NCBI GenBank assembly: GCA_016839765.1
Contig: JAEOTP010000012.1
Coordinates: 64,001-128,000, forward strand
From: Promethearchaeota archaeon
GTDB lineage: Archaea; Asgardarchaeota; Lokiarchaeia; Sigyniarchaeales; SOKP01
Length of the DNA: 64,000 nucleotides
Reading direction: 5' to 3'
Shown: positions 38,490-48,707 of the stretch, in pieces
Numbering within the stretch: the stretch's first letter is position 1
Layout of the letters: each line of letters starts with the position of its first letter
The notes under the pieces: model-generated
What the model was told of the DNA's origin: nothing
The model's input: the letters and a program-made list of their open reading frames with translations, nothing else
Database searches by the model: none
Translations under genes and position numbers: made by a program

Positions 38490-40331
38490 ATGAAAGTAGT
38501 ATCATTAAACGGAACTTGGAAATGTAAGCCTGATTTTGATGATATTGGTATTGAAAAAGGCTGGTATTTACTTAAAAATTATGTTAATAACAAAAATAGT
38601 TTAAACGATATACAGATTCCAAATAGCTTTAATCTCTTAAGAGATTTCGAAGTATTCGAGGGGATATTTTGGCATTTCTACCAATTTAATCTCAATGAAT
38701 CAGTAGATAAAAGTAGTTATACATATCAAATTAGATTTAAAGGAAGTAATTATAAAACTCAGGTTTGGTTGAATGGAGCGTTTTTAGGTGAACATAATGG
38801 TGGTTTCACCCCTTTTTATGTCAATATTAGTGAAGATCTTACTCAGAAAGATAATTTACTTGTAGTAAGGGTTGATAATATTCGGGAAAAAGACAGGGTT
38901 CCAGCAATTTTTTTTGACTGGTTTAATTGGGGTGGAATTTATCGTGACGTTGATTTATTATTATTAAGTAAAAATCGAGTAAAAGATATTGTAATAAAAA
39001 CAACATTAAATACATTAAATGTATGTAACCTTAAAATTACCTATAAAATAATTGGCTCTCTTTCATTTAAATGGCAAATATTAGATTCAAATCATTCAAA
39101 TACCTTATATGAAGGTGATATCTTCGAAGGTTCTGGAGTAGGGACTATTACTTTAAAAATGGATAATCCTAAATTATGGTCACCAGATAATCCTAATTTA
39201 TATTATCTCAAAATAATTGATACATCTACAAAATTCAAGGAAGATATTTTTTATGAATATCACTATGGAATAAGGCAAATTGAAGTTATAGGTTCTAATG
39301 TTTTATTAAATAAAAGAAAGATCCAATTAAAAGGAGTTAGTCTTCATGAGGAATATATGCCATTTGGACGTACGATTCCATACGAAAAAAGATTAGAGGA
39401 TATTAAAACAATAAAGTCATTAGGATTTAATGCATTGAGAACTGCTCACTATCCACATGATGAAGATTTGTTAGAAATTGCCGATAAGATTGGACTTTTA
39501 ATCCTTGAAGAAATTCCAATTTATTGGAATTGTAATTTTGAAAGTAATAAAGTATTTAAAGTAGCTGCAAGAATATTACGTGAATTAATAAAGAGGGATA
39601 TTAATCATCCTTCTGTTATTTGGTGGAGTGTGGGTAATGAAATTCCTATACATAGACGGGAATGTTCTAGATTTATAAAAAGGTTAATGGTATTGGCTAG
39701 AAACTATGATGACACTCGAATAATTACTTACGTCTCACGGAAATTGATAACTGATTTTACTAGAAAATATGCTGATGTTGCCACGATTAATTCATATTTT
39801 GGATGGTATTTTGGACATGAAAGAATGTTAAGTCTTTTTTTAGATATTATGACTGCACCCCTTTTTGCTAAACCCTGGATTTTCACAGAATTTGGAGCAG
39901 GAGCAAAATATGGATATCATGATGATTGGAAGAATCAAACCAAATTTACTGAAGAAAGACAGCTTCATTTACTTGATTATACAATTAGAACAATAAATTC
40001 AAAACAATGTTTTAATGGTTGGTTTATTTGGATATTTAGAGATTTTCGTTCTCTTATGAAAAGTGGTAAATATCAACAGGGTTTCAATAGAAAAGGAATT
40101 GTAAGTGAAAAATCATATGAAAAAAAATTGATATATTATAAAATTCCCCAATTAATTGAAAAACAAAGAAAAGTATTAAACACCAAACTTTTAGGGATAA
40201 TTCTCTGGATAATCTTCTTTCCTTTCTCATACTTAATTCTTACTCATTTAATCACTCTTTTGGCAGATTTATATGGAAATATTGGTTTTAAGAAAGGAGT
40301 TACTTCATATAATTATTCAATTGAAAAATAA
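38490..40331 (+). CDS. GH2 beta-glucuronidase/beta-galactosidase with C-terminal TM helix
   Basis: SLNGTW, HNGGFTPF, WGGIYRDV, LKGVSLHE, RTAHYP, NHPSVIWWSVGNE, TEFGAGA and NRKG motifs. Hydrophobic LLGIILWIIFFPFSYLIL near the C-terminus. Confidence 0.92.
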   Translation: MKVVSLNGTWKCKPDFDDIGIEKGWYLLKNYVNNKNSLNDIQIPNSFNLLRDFEVFEGIFWHFYQFNLNESVDKSSYTYQIRFKGSNYKTQVWLNGAFLGEHNGGFTPFYVNISEDLTQKDNLLVVRVDNIREKDRVPAIFFDWFNWGGIYRDVDLLLLSKNRVKDIVIKTTLNTLNVCNLKITYKIIGSLSFKWQILDSNHSNTLYEGDIFEGSGVGTITLKMDNPKLWSPDNPNLYYLKIIDTSTKFKEDIFYEYHYGIRQIEVIGSNVLLNKRKIQLKGVSLHEEYMPFGRTIPYEKRLEDIKTIKSLGFNALRTAHYPHDEDLLEIADKIGLLILEEIPIYWNCNFESNKVFKVAARILRELIKRDINHPSVIWWSVGNEIPIHRRECSRFIKRLMVLARNYDDTRIITYVSRKLITDFTRKYADVATINSYFGWYFGHERMLSLFLDIMTAPLFAKPWIFTEFGAGAKYGYHDDWKNQTKFTEERQLHLLDYTIRTINSKQCFNGWFIWIFRDFRSLMKSGKYQQGFNRKGIVSEKSYEKKLIYYKIPQLIEKQRKVLNTKLLGIILWIIFFPFSYLILTHLITLLADLYGNIGFKKGVTSYNYSIEK

Positions 40332-40395
40332 TGTTCCTTAAAACCTTTTTTCTTAAAACTTTGTGCTTTTTATATTTTAATCTTAATAAAATGAT

Positions 40396-41202
40396 ATGAC
40401 AATACCGGAGAACTCATTACTTTCAAAAATTAAAAGATCTTCAGAAATATTAAGCATCCATAATTTGCTAATCTTTAACAGGTCAGGAATCTGTATTTAC
40501 GGAATAAGTTTTACAGATTTATTTAGATTAGAACAAGAGCAATTAATATCTTCCTACTTTACAGCCCTCATGTCCTTTACAAATGAATTGATAGGAGATA
40601 AAATAAAAACGTTAGAAATGGGAGGAGGTGTAAAACTTACTATTTTTGAAAAAAGTAACCTAATTTACGGTCTCTTATGCGATACAGATGAAAATTTAAT
40701 TATGCTTGAAAATATAATTTCAAAATTACATATAAAATTTATCAGGTACGTTAAAAAAAACCACGTAAAAACAGACTTGGAATACATATATGATGATGAT
40801 TTGGATTATCTTGTAAAAGAAATTATAAAAGAAATGTCTACTAAAGAATATGATTTAGAAAAAGAAGAGAAAGTAATAAAATATTTAAAAAGCATTAAAG
40901 CAAATGATCAACTTAATGATATAATCTTTTTAACAGATGGGGGCAAGATTCTCTATTCATCTGCGAGGAATAAAACTTCGCTAAGAAAAATATTAAAGGA
41001 AGTAGATTTCAGAATTAAAATTTGCAATAACTCAATTTTAAAATTGTTTTATACTTCTAAGGACAATGAACTTATCTTTTCTGAATACTTTAATGAAAAA
41101 TATTTAATAATATTAGTCTTCGATTCAAAGACTAAATTTGGTGTAGCTGAGTTTTACTTACATAAAATTGTAAGGAAGATTACAGAATTTTTAAAGGAAT
41201 AA
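40396..41202 (+). CDS. Longin + roadblock-like two-domain protein
   Basis: N-terminal IHNLLIFNRSGICIY..LISSYFTALMSF..IKTLEMG longin pattern. C-terminal IIFLTDGGKILYSS..YLIILVFD..FGVAEFYL roadblock-like pattern. Confidence 0.7.
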   Translation: MTIPENSLLSKIKRSSEILSIHNLLIFNRSGICIYGISFTDLFRLEQEQLISSYFTALMSFTNELIGDKIKTLEMGGGVKLTIFEKSNLIYGLLCDTDENLIMLENIISKLHIKFIRYVKKNHVKTDLEYIYDDDLDYLVKEIIKEMSTKEYDLEKEEKVIKYLKSIKANDQLNDIIFLTDGGKILYSSARNKTSLRKILKEVDFRIKICNNSILKLFYTSKDNELIFSEYFNEKYLIILVFDSKTKFGVAEFYLHKIVRKITEFLKE

Positions 41203-41350
41203 GTTATTTTTTATTTCTTTTTAAGCCTAATCACCATTAATTTTTAAGTTTTTAATTAATTTCCAAAAATTTATGAATTATAAAAATGAACTTAAAATTA
41301 TATTTCCTCTAAACTTAAAATAATATTAAAATAGGATATTAAGAAAGAAT

Positions 41351-41854
41351 ATGACAAAATCAGAAGAAGGCTTAAAAGAAGCTTTTGCTGGAGAATCTCA
41401 AGCTAATAGGAAGTATCTAGCTTTTGCTAAAAAAGCAGAACAGGATGGATTTCCTGGAGTGGCACTACTGTTTAGAGCCGCGGCAGCTGCCGAAACTGTT
41501 CATGCTTATAATCATCTAAGAGCTTTGGGAGGGATTAACTCTACTATTGAAAATTTAAAAGAAGCGATTGGTGGAGAATTTTATGAGTTCACAAAAATGT
41601 ATCCAGAATTTATTGAAGATGCTAAGAGTGAAGGGATAAAAAATGCTGAGAGAACCTTTTCCTATGCTAATGAAGTAGAAAAAATACACCATAAATTATA
41701 TGAGAAAGCATTGAAATTAATTGAAGAGGGAAAAGATTTAGACGTTAAAGAGATGTATATATGTTCAGTATGTGGTTATACACACGAAGGAACTCCTCCT
41801 GATAAGTGTCCCGTTTGTGGCGCTGCCAAAAAAGCTTTTGAAAAAATTGAATAA
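41351..41854 (+). CDS. rbr: Rubrerythrin
   Basis: EAFAGESQANRKY, ETVHA, GEFYE, EKIHH and C-terminal CSVCG..CPVCG. Confidence 0.96.
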   Translation: MTKSEEGLKEAFAGESQANRKYLAFAKKAEQDGFPGVALLFRAAAAAETVHAYNHLRALGGINSTIENLKEAIGGEFYEFTKMYPEFIEDAKSEGIKNAERTFSYANEVEKIHHKLYEKALKLIEEGKDLDVKEMYICSVCGYTHEGTPPDKCPVCGAAKKAFEKIE

Positions 41855-41868
41855 TTTTTTTATTTTTT

Positions 41869-43455
41869 TTAAATCTTCCAGGGTTTATAGCCTGAATGAA
41901 CCTTTATTAGATAATTATCTATAGAAATACCTAGCTCCTTTTCTGCTCTTCTTAAGGCTCCAAAATTTCCTCCATGTAAGTAATATTTAATTAATAGTCC
42001 AGATATGGTCTGATCTCCTAAAGAAAAGATTGTTTGCATTCTTGCGTTCTTAACAATTTCTTTTGGGTTTTGAAATTTTAGTTTAACCGCTGGTATTTTT
42101 TTTAATGCTTTTTCTAATATTTGGAACTTAGATATTAAGAGTTTCAGATTGCTACTTAAATAAAAATTAATTTTGTTTTCATAGGGTGTATTAAATTTGG
42201 GTACAAATGGGTTGATATTAACTTTTAGTGAATTAGTCTCAAAACCAATATCAGAGATCTGAGTTAATAGATTAATGATTTGCTCTATATCTTCGTCTCT
42301 CTCATCAGGTAATCCAATTAAAAAATAGAATTTTACATTTCTGATTTTTGAGTCTTTGATCTGTTCCAAAACTTCCATAATCTTCTCATTTGAAATTCTT
42401 TTCCCTAAGGAATATCGTAAAGTTTCAGTACCTGCTTCAGGTGCTATAGTTATTGATTTGATATTAGCTCTTTCAAGGACTTTAATTATTTTTGGAGTCA
42501 AATGATCTATTCTAATTGAGGGAATACTTAGTTTTTTACCTTGATTCACAATATAATCACAAATTTCATAAAATTTAGGATGAGATGATACACAAGAGCC
42601 AATTAGAGATATTTTTTCAAATTGCGTTTTTATAATTGCTTCTTCAATTGTCTTTCGAATGTTTTCATAACTTCTATTTCGAAAAGGAGAATTATGAAAT
42701 GAAGATATGCAGAATTTACATTGAAATGGACATCCTCTATTGATTTCAATAAAAAAGTTTTCTTCAAAAATTTTTTTAGTAGTTATTGCCTTGGAAATTA
42801 ATTGAAAAATAGGAATAGGAGACTTGTCGATATTTTCTAGTATTGCTCTTTTTGTTTCATTTTTTAAACTTGGAATATAGATCCCATTTATCAACTTTGA
42901 TTGTTGAAGGAGCTCTTGAAAATTAATTTTACCCGTTTTAAACTTCAAAAATGTAGCTAAAAAAAGATTAAGATTTGGTTCACAATCCCCAATGAAAAAT
43001 AGATCGAAAATATCATTAAGAAGTAATGGATTTGAGGTAATCACATGACCACCCCCTATAATTAGTGGATATTTGAATCCTTCTTTCAAATTTGTTTCCC
43101 TACGTTTTTGTGAATAAAGAGGGATACCTGATTTTTCTATAATCCATAGAATATTTCTAAAATCATTTTCATAGTGAATAGAAAATCCTAATATATCAAA
43201 ATCGATAGGAGATATTTTATTTTCAATACTCCTTACACTATCATCAGAAGTATGGTTTACTAAGGCAGGAAACCGTATCCTTCTGGGAAGAAATATTCTT
43301 TCACATACATAGTTTTCATTAGAATTAATAAGATAATAAAGTAGCCTTATAGTATATGAAGAGATCCCCAATTCATAATAATTTGGATATACTAAACCAA
43401 AAGATAAGTCAATTTTTCTCCAGTCTTTTTTAATTACACTAATTTCATTCATCAA
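41869..43455 (-). CDS. B12-binding-like radical SAM protein
   Basis: EINRGCPFQCKFC, IIGGG, IGDCE, APEAG, KFYFLIGLP and FVPKFNTP motifs. Confidence 0.88.
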   Translation of the reverse strand: MMNEISVIKKDWRKIDLSFGLVYPNYYELGISSYTIRLLYYLINSNENYVCERIFLPRRIRFPALVNHTSDDSVRSIENKISPIDFDILGFSIHYENDFRNILWIIEKSGIPLYSQKRRETNLKEGFKYPLIIGGGHVITSNPLLLNDIFDLFFIGDCEPNLNLFLATFLKFKTGKINFQELLQQSKLINGIYIPSLKNETKRAILENIDKSPIPIFQLISKAITTKKIFEENFFIEINRGCPFQCKFCISSFHNSPFRNRSYENIRKTIEEAIIKTQFEKISLIGSCVSSHPKFYEICDYIVNQGKKLSIPSIRIDHLTPKIIKVLERANIKSITIAPEAGTETLRYSLGKRISNEKIMEVLEQIKDSKIRNVKFYFLIGLPDERDEDIEQIINLLTQISDIGFETNSLKVNINPFVPKFNTPYENKINFYLSSNLKLLISKFQILEKALKKIPAVKLKFQNPKEIVKNARMQTIFSLGDQTISGLLIKYYLHGGNFGALRRAEKELGISIDNYLIKVHSGYKPWKI

Positions 43456-43487
43456 AAAATTCCAAAATCTCTAAAAAATATAAAAAT

Positions 43488-44288
43488 TTAATTATTACCA
43501 TCCTGTTCTTGTTGCATATTCTTAATTTTTTCAACAATTAAAGGTAAAACTATTCCCGTCTTATGACGAATTACAACTTCAGCACGTTTATCTAAATGTG
43601 TTGGTTGATCGTTAACTATAATTAATTTGCCACCATCTCTTAAAGTGTATAAAGGTAAATCACATATAGGTGCTACTTCTAATGATGATCCTGCAATTAA
43701 CATTATATCCGCTTTCTGTGCCAATGCTCGTGATTGATATATTTCAAAAGTCGGCAAACCTTCTCCAAATAATACAACTGAGGGTTTTAAAGGTGCTGAA
43801 CAAAAATCACATAACGGACCCCCTTTTTTTTCCTTTTTCAACTTTCGCATAATCTGGTCTTTTGTATAAGAAGATTTACATCCTAAGCAATTAAATCGAT
43901 TTATGTTTCCATGGACCTCATATACTATAATTGAGCCTGCTTTTTGGTGAAGCTCATCAACATTTTGAGTAATAACTGCTTTAAGAATATCCATTTTTTC
44001 TAATTCTGCTAGAGCATAATGACCCGGGTTTGGTTTTGCTTTAAAAAGGTTTGGGGCAATTTCTTGAGCTAGTTCCCAGAATTTTGCTGGATTCTTTAAA
44101 AATGCTTGGATGTTACCATAAATTTCAGGTTTATATTTTTCCCAAATGCCGCCATCTCCACGGAAATCTGGAATTCCAGATTCTGTTGAAACTCCTGCTC
44201 CAGTTAATACGATTGCCTCTTTTGAATTATATAATAATTCAGCAGCTCTTCGAATTTTTGTCTTTTCTTCTAATTTAACAATCTTCAT
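43488..44288 (-). CDS. cobB: NAD-dependent protein deacylase (sirtuin)
   Basis: TGAGVSTESGIPDFRG, TQNVDELHQKAG, EVHG, two CxxC, PSVVLFGE and GSSLEVAP motifs. Confidence 0.93.
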   Translation of the reverse strand: MKIVKLEEKTKIRRAAELLYNSKEAIVLTGAGVSTESGIPDFRGDGGIWEKYKPEIYGNIQAFLKNPAKFWELAQEIAPNLFKAKPNPGHYALAELEKMDILKAVITQNVDELHQKAGSIIVYEVHGNINRFNCLGCKSSYTKDQIMRKLKKEKKGGPLCDFCSAPLKPSVVLFGEGLPTFEIYQSRALAQKADIMLIAGSSLEVAPICDLPLYTLRDGGKLIIVNDQPTHLDKRAEVVIRHKTGIVLPLIVEKIKNMQQEQDGNN

Positions 44289-44562
44289 TACCTAAATCAG
44301 CCACTTCATCAGATTAATTACTATTTATTCTGCAGACTTTTGTTTCTATTAAGAAATCTCCTTAGATCATCTCTAAATGGATGAATTATTTTATATTTAT
44401 ATTATGAATTATTAAAATTTATTTATTATAAGATATTTTAAAAATTTTCAGAAAAAACTACTTAAATATTTAAAATTTAATCTTGAGATCATTTGTTATC
44501 TCAATATCATAAAAAATTAAAATTTTGAATAATTTTAAATTTATGTAGATATACGATCATAA

Positions 44563-45480
44563 TTGAAAAACTATTACTTCAAGATTTTACTCATGATAAC
44601 TGGTTTTGCTATTATTTTAGATGACGAAATTCTCTACATTTCAAATGAAAATAAATTTCTGATGTTTGAAATAGTATTATTTATAGAAAAATTAATTCGT
44701 AGTATAAATCCTAATAATGGTTGGCGTTTGAAAAATATCTTTTTTGAAGGTAAATCTGGCAGAGAAAGTATGATAATCAGGCATGTTGTTACTGAAGATC
44801 TTCAAAATCTTTATTATTGTATAACAGGTGATTTTCTATCAAATTCTGAAGAAGCAGATAACCTGTTAAAAGAATTTTATGAAAAGGTTAATGCAAATTA
44901 TGATGACTTAAATAAATTTGGGGAATATTCAAAAAAATCTGAATTTTCTAAGGTTATTAGATTAATTACTGGATATTTGTGGGATAAATATCATTACCCA
45001 CTAGAAGATGAGGAAATTAAATATACGTATGCCCAAATAGAGAATAAAATTATTTATTGTGGAATTTCTGCCCAAGGATTACCAATTATCTCTCAATTGT
45101 ATGATACATCACTATTAAATGACCTTAAGCGAGAGATTACTAATGAAAATATCGAAATATTTAGTTCAAATTTATCAGCAAGATTAGCTACAATAGCAAT
45201 GAATACTCAAATCCGAGCACAGATGAGTATCAAAGAAATTCAGTTTGATGATTTATTAGAGAATACAAGTAAAAAATTGATATTATTTGGAGATCTCAAT
45301 GGTTATTCTCTTGATTTTGTGGCATCGGGTGATTTTAATAGAATTAAAGAGATATTTAAGCAACTAGTAGAAAGAGTTTCACAAGAAGAGATATTAAAGC
45401 AAGAGTTTTCGGGGGATTTAAAACCATATCGTTCATTGAAAACTTACTTAAATGAAATTATCCAAGAATTTGATCAATAA
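44563..45480 (+). CDS. Tandem longin-like domain protein
   Basis: Two units each starting with a beta-hairpin (ITGFAIILDDEILYI; IIYCGISAQGLPIIS), followed by helix, strands and helix (LLKEFYEKV; IKEIFKQL). The start is probably ATG at 44593. Confidence 0.55.
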   Translation: MKNYYFKILLMITGFAIILDDEILYISNENKFLMFEIVLFIEKLIRSINPNNGWRLKNIFFEGKSGRESMIIRHVVTEDLQNLYYCITGDFLSNSEEADNLLKEFYEKVNANYDDLNKFGEYSKKSEFSKVIRLITGYLWDKYHYPLEDEEIKYTYAQIENKIIYCGISAQGLPIISQLYDTSLLNDLKREITNENIEIFSSNLSARLATIAMNTQIRAQMSIKEIQFDDLLENTSKKLILFGDLNGYSLDFVASGDFNRIKEIFKQLVERVSQEEILKQEFSGDLKPYRSLKTYLNEIIQEFDQ

Positions 45481-45511
45481 TTTCTAATAATATGCTCATT
45501 TCTAAATATTT

Positions 45512-46810
45512 ATGAAAGCTGTTATTCTAGCAGCTGGAAAAGGAAAGCGATTAAGGCCTATCACAGCCACTAGACCAAAGCCTCTAATTCCTATAGCTGG
45601 AAAACCCTTAATGGAGTACACTATTTTAGGTTTAATTGATGCGGGAATTGATGAGCTATTATTAGTTGTAGGATATAAGGAAGAAATGATTAAGGCCTAC
45701 TTTGGGGGATATGAAGAAAATTTTGATATTAAAATTAATTATCGTACTCAAGAAGAATATTTAGGAACGGCTCATGCCACTGGATATGCTAAGGATTTTG
45801 TTAGAGACGATGATTTTCTACTTATTTATGGTGATTTATTAGTTGATCCAAAAATATTTAAAGAGTTAATTCAAAAATTTAAAACAACACCCTGTGAAGG
45901 ATTAATTTCCTTAATTGAGGTTAATATTCCACATAACTATGGAATAATATCACTTGATTCAAATGGATTTGTAGAAAAAATTACTGAGAAGCCTTCTCCC
46001 GATTTAAATTTAGGCAACCTCGCAAATGCAGGAATATATTTATTTAAATCTAAAATTTTTAAAGCGATCGAGAAAACTAATAAATCAATCAGAGGAGAGT
46101 ATGAATTTACTGATTCCATGGAAATTCTACTTAATCAAATGGCTGGAAGGATTTATGGTTATAATATCAACAATTTTTATTGGAATGATATTGGCTTACC
46201 ATGGCAGCTTTTAGATGCAAACAAATACATTTTAGATAATCAAAAGGGTAAATTATTAGGAAAAGTTGAAAAAAATGCTTTTATTTCAGGAGAAATATAT
46301 ATAGGAGAAGCAACGATTATAAAATCCGGAACCTATATTCAAGGACCTTGTTATATTGGTAAAAATTGTTTAATTGGTCCAAATGCTTTTATTCGACCAT
46401 ATACTTCAATTGGAGATAATTGTCATATAGGAATGTCTGAAACGAAGAACTCACTTATTTTTTCAAATACTGCAGTTCCACATTTCAATTACATAGGAGA
46501 TAGTATTGTTTGCGAGAATGTTAATCTCGGGGCGGGTACAAAATTATCAAACTTACGTTTTGATAATTGTAATATAGAAATGAACATAGATGGAAAACTA
46601 ATTGATTCAGGGCAAAGAAAGTTAGGAGCAATTATTGGACCTAAATCTCAAACTGGAATCAATGCCAGTATAATGTGTGGAAAAATTGTAGGGGAAAATT
46701 CAGTTATCGGTGCCCATACATTAGTAAATGAAGATATTCCCCCAAATACTCTCTATTATCAAGATTCTGATGGAAAGATTATAAAAAAACCAAATACTTT
46801 CTTAAATTAG
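45512..46810 (+). CDS. glmU: Archaeal bifunctional sugar-1-phosphate nucleotidylyltransferase/acetyltransferase (GlmU-like)
   Basis: ILAAGKGKRLRPIT, EKP, RGEYEFTD, hexapeptide repeats, HFNYIGDS, NLGAGT and RKLGAIIG motifs. Confidence 0.88.
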   Translation: MKAVILAAGKGKRLRPITATRPKPLIPIAGKPLMEYTILGLIDAGIDELLLVVGYKEEMIKAYFGGYEENFDIKINYRTQEEYLGTAHATGYAKDFVRDDDFLLIYGDLLVDPKIFKELIQKFKTTPCEGLISLIEVNIPHNYGIISLDSNGFVEKITEKPSPDLNLGNLANAGIYLFKSKIFKAIEKTNKSIRGEYEFTDSMEILLNQMAGRIYGYNINNFYWNDIGLPWQLLDANKYILDNQKGKLLGKVEKNAFISGEIYIGEATIIKSGTYIQGPCYIGKNCLIGPNAFIRPYTSIGDNCHIGMSETKNSLIFSNTAVPHFNYIGDSIVCENVNLGAGTKLSNLRFDNCNIEMNIDGKLIDSGQRKLGAIIGPKSQTGINASIMCGKIVGENSVIGAHTLVNEDIPPNTLYYQDSDGKIIKKPNTFLN

Positions 46811-46824
46811 AAATTTAATAACTT

Positions 46825-48552
46825 TTAATCTTTGCTTAATGTTCTTTTTTTAAATTCACGTAGTAATTTAGAGAATTTAAGTGGTTTTTCTATATGATTT
46901 AATTCTCGAAGTGCTTGTTCCTGATATGCGATAAAAAGTTCATTCGAAAATCCTTCCCAGTCTTTACAAATCTCTAATGTTTTTTCATCATTTTTCAATA
47001 GACTCTCATGAGATATTATTCTTAAGAATTCACTTGCATATTCTTCTATTAAATCATTATTAGCTCCCTGTAGCAAATCTCTAATAAAGTCGTCAGGAGG
47101 GTACCAGTCTATTACTCTCTGAAAATCTCGATGTATTTGAGTTAACAATACATTACGTGGGCCTTCCCATAATTCTTGAACAAAAGCATCACGCACAAAA
47201 CGTGGGAAGCATAAAAAATCTTCCATTACCCCATGACCGCCAAAAAAAGATATTGCCATTCTTATCATTTTAGGACATTCATCTGCTACTACTATTTTTT
47301 GAAGCATTATTAGTTCACGTAATCTATATCGACGTTTTCTTTCCTCAAGATCCTCAATTTTTTGTAAATCCCTTATGCCACTAATTAATTCTTCTTTAAA
47401 GTGTATAAATTCTGAAAAAACTTTAAAAGCTCCCACTGCAGTTCTCTTGGCAAAATGATCTAATTCGTTAATTTGATTTATCATCATAGGGAAAGATGAA
47501 ACTGATATGCCAAATGCAGTTCTAAATTTTGCATATAATATCGCTTCTCTAACTACTCTTAAAGCTCCAGCTGCCATGCCAAATGCAACATGTAATCTAG
47601 ATAAAGAAAGTACTATTCCCACCACATTAGCCAAACCTTTCTCAAGTGGACCAACAGGATAGGCAACTGCTCCATTGTAGGTGATTTCAGCTGTTGGTAG
47701 TTCAGCAGTTCCTAATTTTGGTTTTAGGCGATCTATTGTATATGAGTTTCTAATTTCTCTTTCCTTATTATCTGGAAGCCATGCTGGCACCACAAATGCT
47801 GCTACCCTGGTTGATGAAGGAGAATCCTTAGGTTTAGCTGTAACAAGTGCATAATCTGTGTGGACTGCTGAACAAAAGAACTTTTGACCATAAAGTCTCC
47901 ATACATTTGATATACTATCTGGATCATCTTCTTTTTCAAATACTGCTTCAACAAGATTGGCAGGTACATCACTTCCCCCCTGTATCTCACTGACAAACTG
48001 AGAACCTCTAGCATATTCTCCATTTTTCCCATCTCTTAAATAATTAAGTATGTCGAAGGCTTTAGGAGATAATTCATTTTCATATTTCTGTAAAAGCCAT
48101 ATAAGACCATGAGTACAAGCTACTGGACACATCACACCAGCTTCTCCATTTTCATATAATAAAAACATTTTCATAAATCTACTCCATGCTGTATTTCTAT
48201 TTGGATCCCAGAGTCCAAGGCTAAAAACTTCACGTTCTAGGGTTTCTGTTTCCCAACAACGTTCGATTCTGTCAATTCGATGATTATGTGCATCATAATG
48301 TTTAATTTTAGTAACTTTAATTCTATTTTCTAGTTCGGTTGATTTATCAGCAAGATCCTTCCATTTATACGAAACATAATCGGATAAAGCAGAAAGGTCA
48401 CGATTGATTATCTCATATTGATCAGGAGGACAATAATGTCTGACTAAAACTTGAAGAAATTCATCATCTCGATAATAATTAAAATTATCTCTTACATATA
48501 GATAATCATCAAAGGAATATGGATTATTTCTGTTGCCTTCTTCATTAGACAC
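46825..48552 (-). CDS. Acyl-CoA dehydrogenase, AidB-like
   Basis: EAGVMCPVACT, QFVSEIQGGSDV, KFFCSA, RLKPKLGT..PTAE, FGGHGVMED and ELWEGPRNV motifs. Confidence 0.9.
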   Translation of the reverse strand: MSNEEGNRNNPYSFDDYLYVRDNFNYYRDDEFLQVLVRHYCPPDQYEIINRDLSALSDYVSYKWKDLADKSTELENRIKVTKIKHYDAHNHRIDRIERCWETETLEREVFSLGLWDPNRNTAWSRFMKMFLLYENGEAGVMCPVACTHGLIWLLQKYENELSPKAFDILNYLRDGKNGEYARGSQFVSEIQGGSDVPANLVEAVFEKEDDPDSISNVWRLYGQKFFCSAVHTDYALVTAKPKDSPSSTRVAAFVVPAWLPDNKEREIRNSYTIDRLKPKLGTAELPTAEITYNGAVAYPVGPLEKGLANVVGIVLSLSRLHVAFGMAAGALRVVREAILYAKFRTAFGISVSSFPMMINQINELDHFAKRTAVGAFKVFSEFIHFKEELISGIRDLQKIEDLEERKRRYRLRELIMLQKIVVADECPKMIRMAISFFGGHGVMEDFLCFPRFVRDAFVQELWEGPRNVLLTQIHRDFQRVIDWYPPDDFIRDLLQGANNDLIEEYASEFLRIISHESLLKNDEKTLEICKDWEGFSNELFIAYQEQALRELNHIEKPLKFSKLLREFKKRTLSKD

Positions 48553-48707
48553 GTTAATAACCTTATATTAAAATTATTTTGAATAACGTTATTAATCAAT
48601 TAATTTCTTTATTTTATAAAATTAATGTAATTCAAAAAGTAGAATTCTTCTAAATAAAAAATTCATAAAAAAAAAATAGCTTTATACTAAATTCTAAAAA
48701 ATTATTA

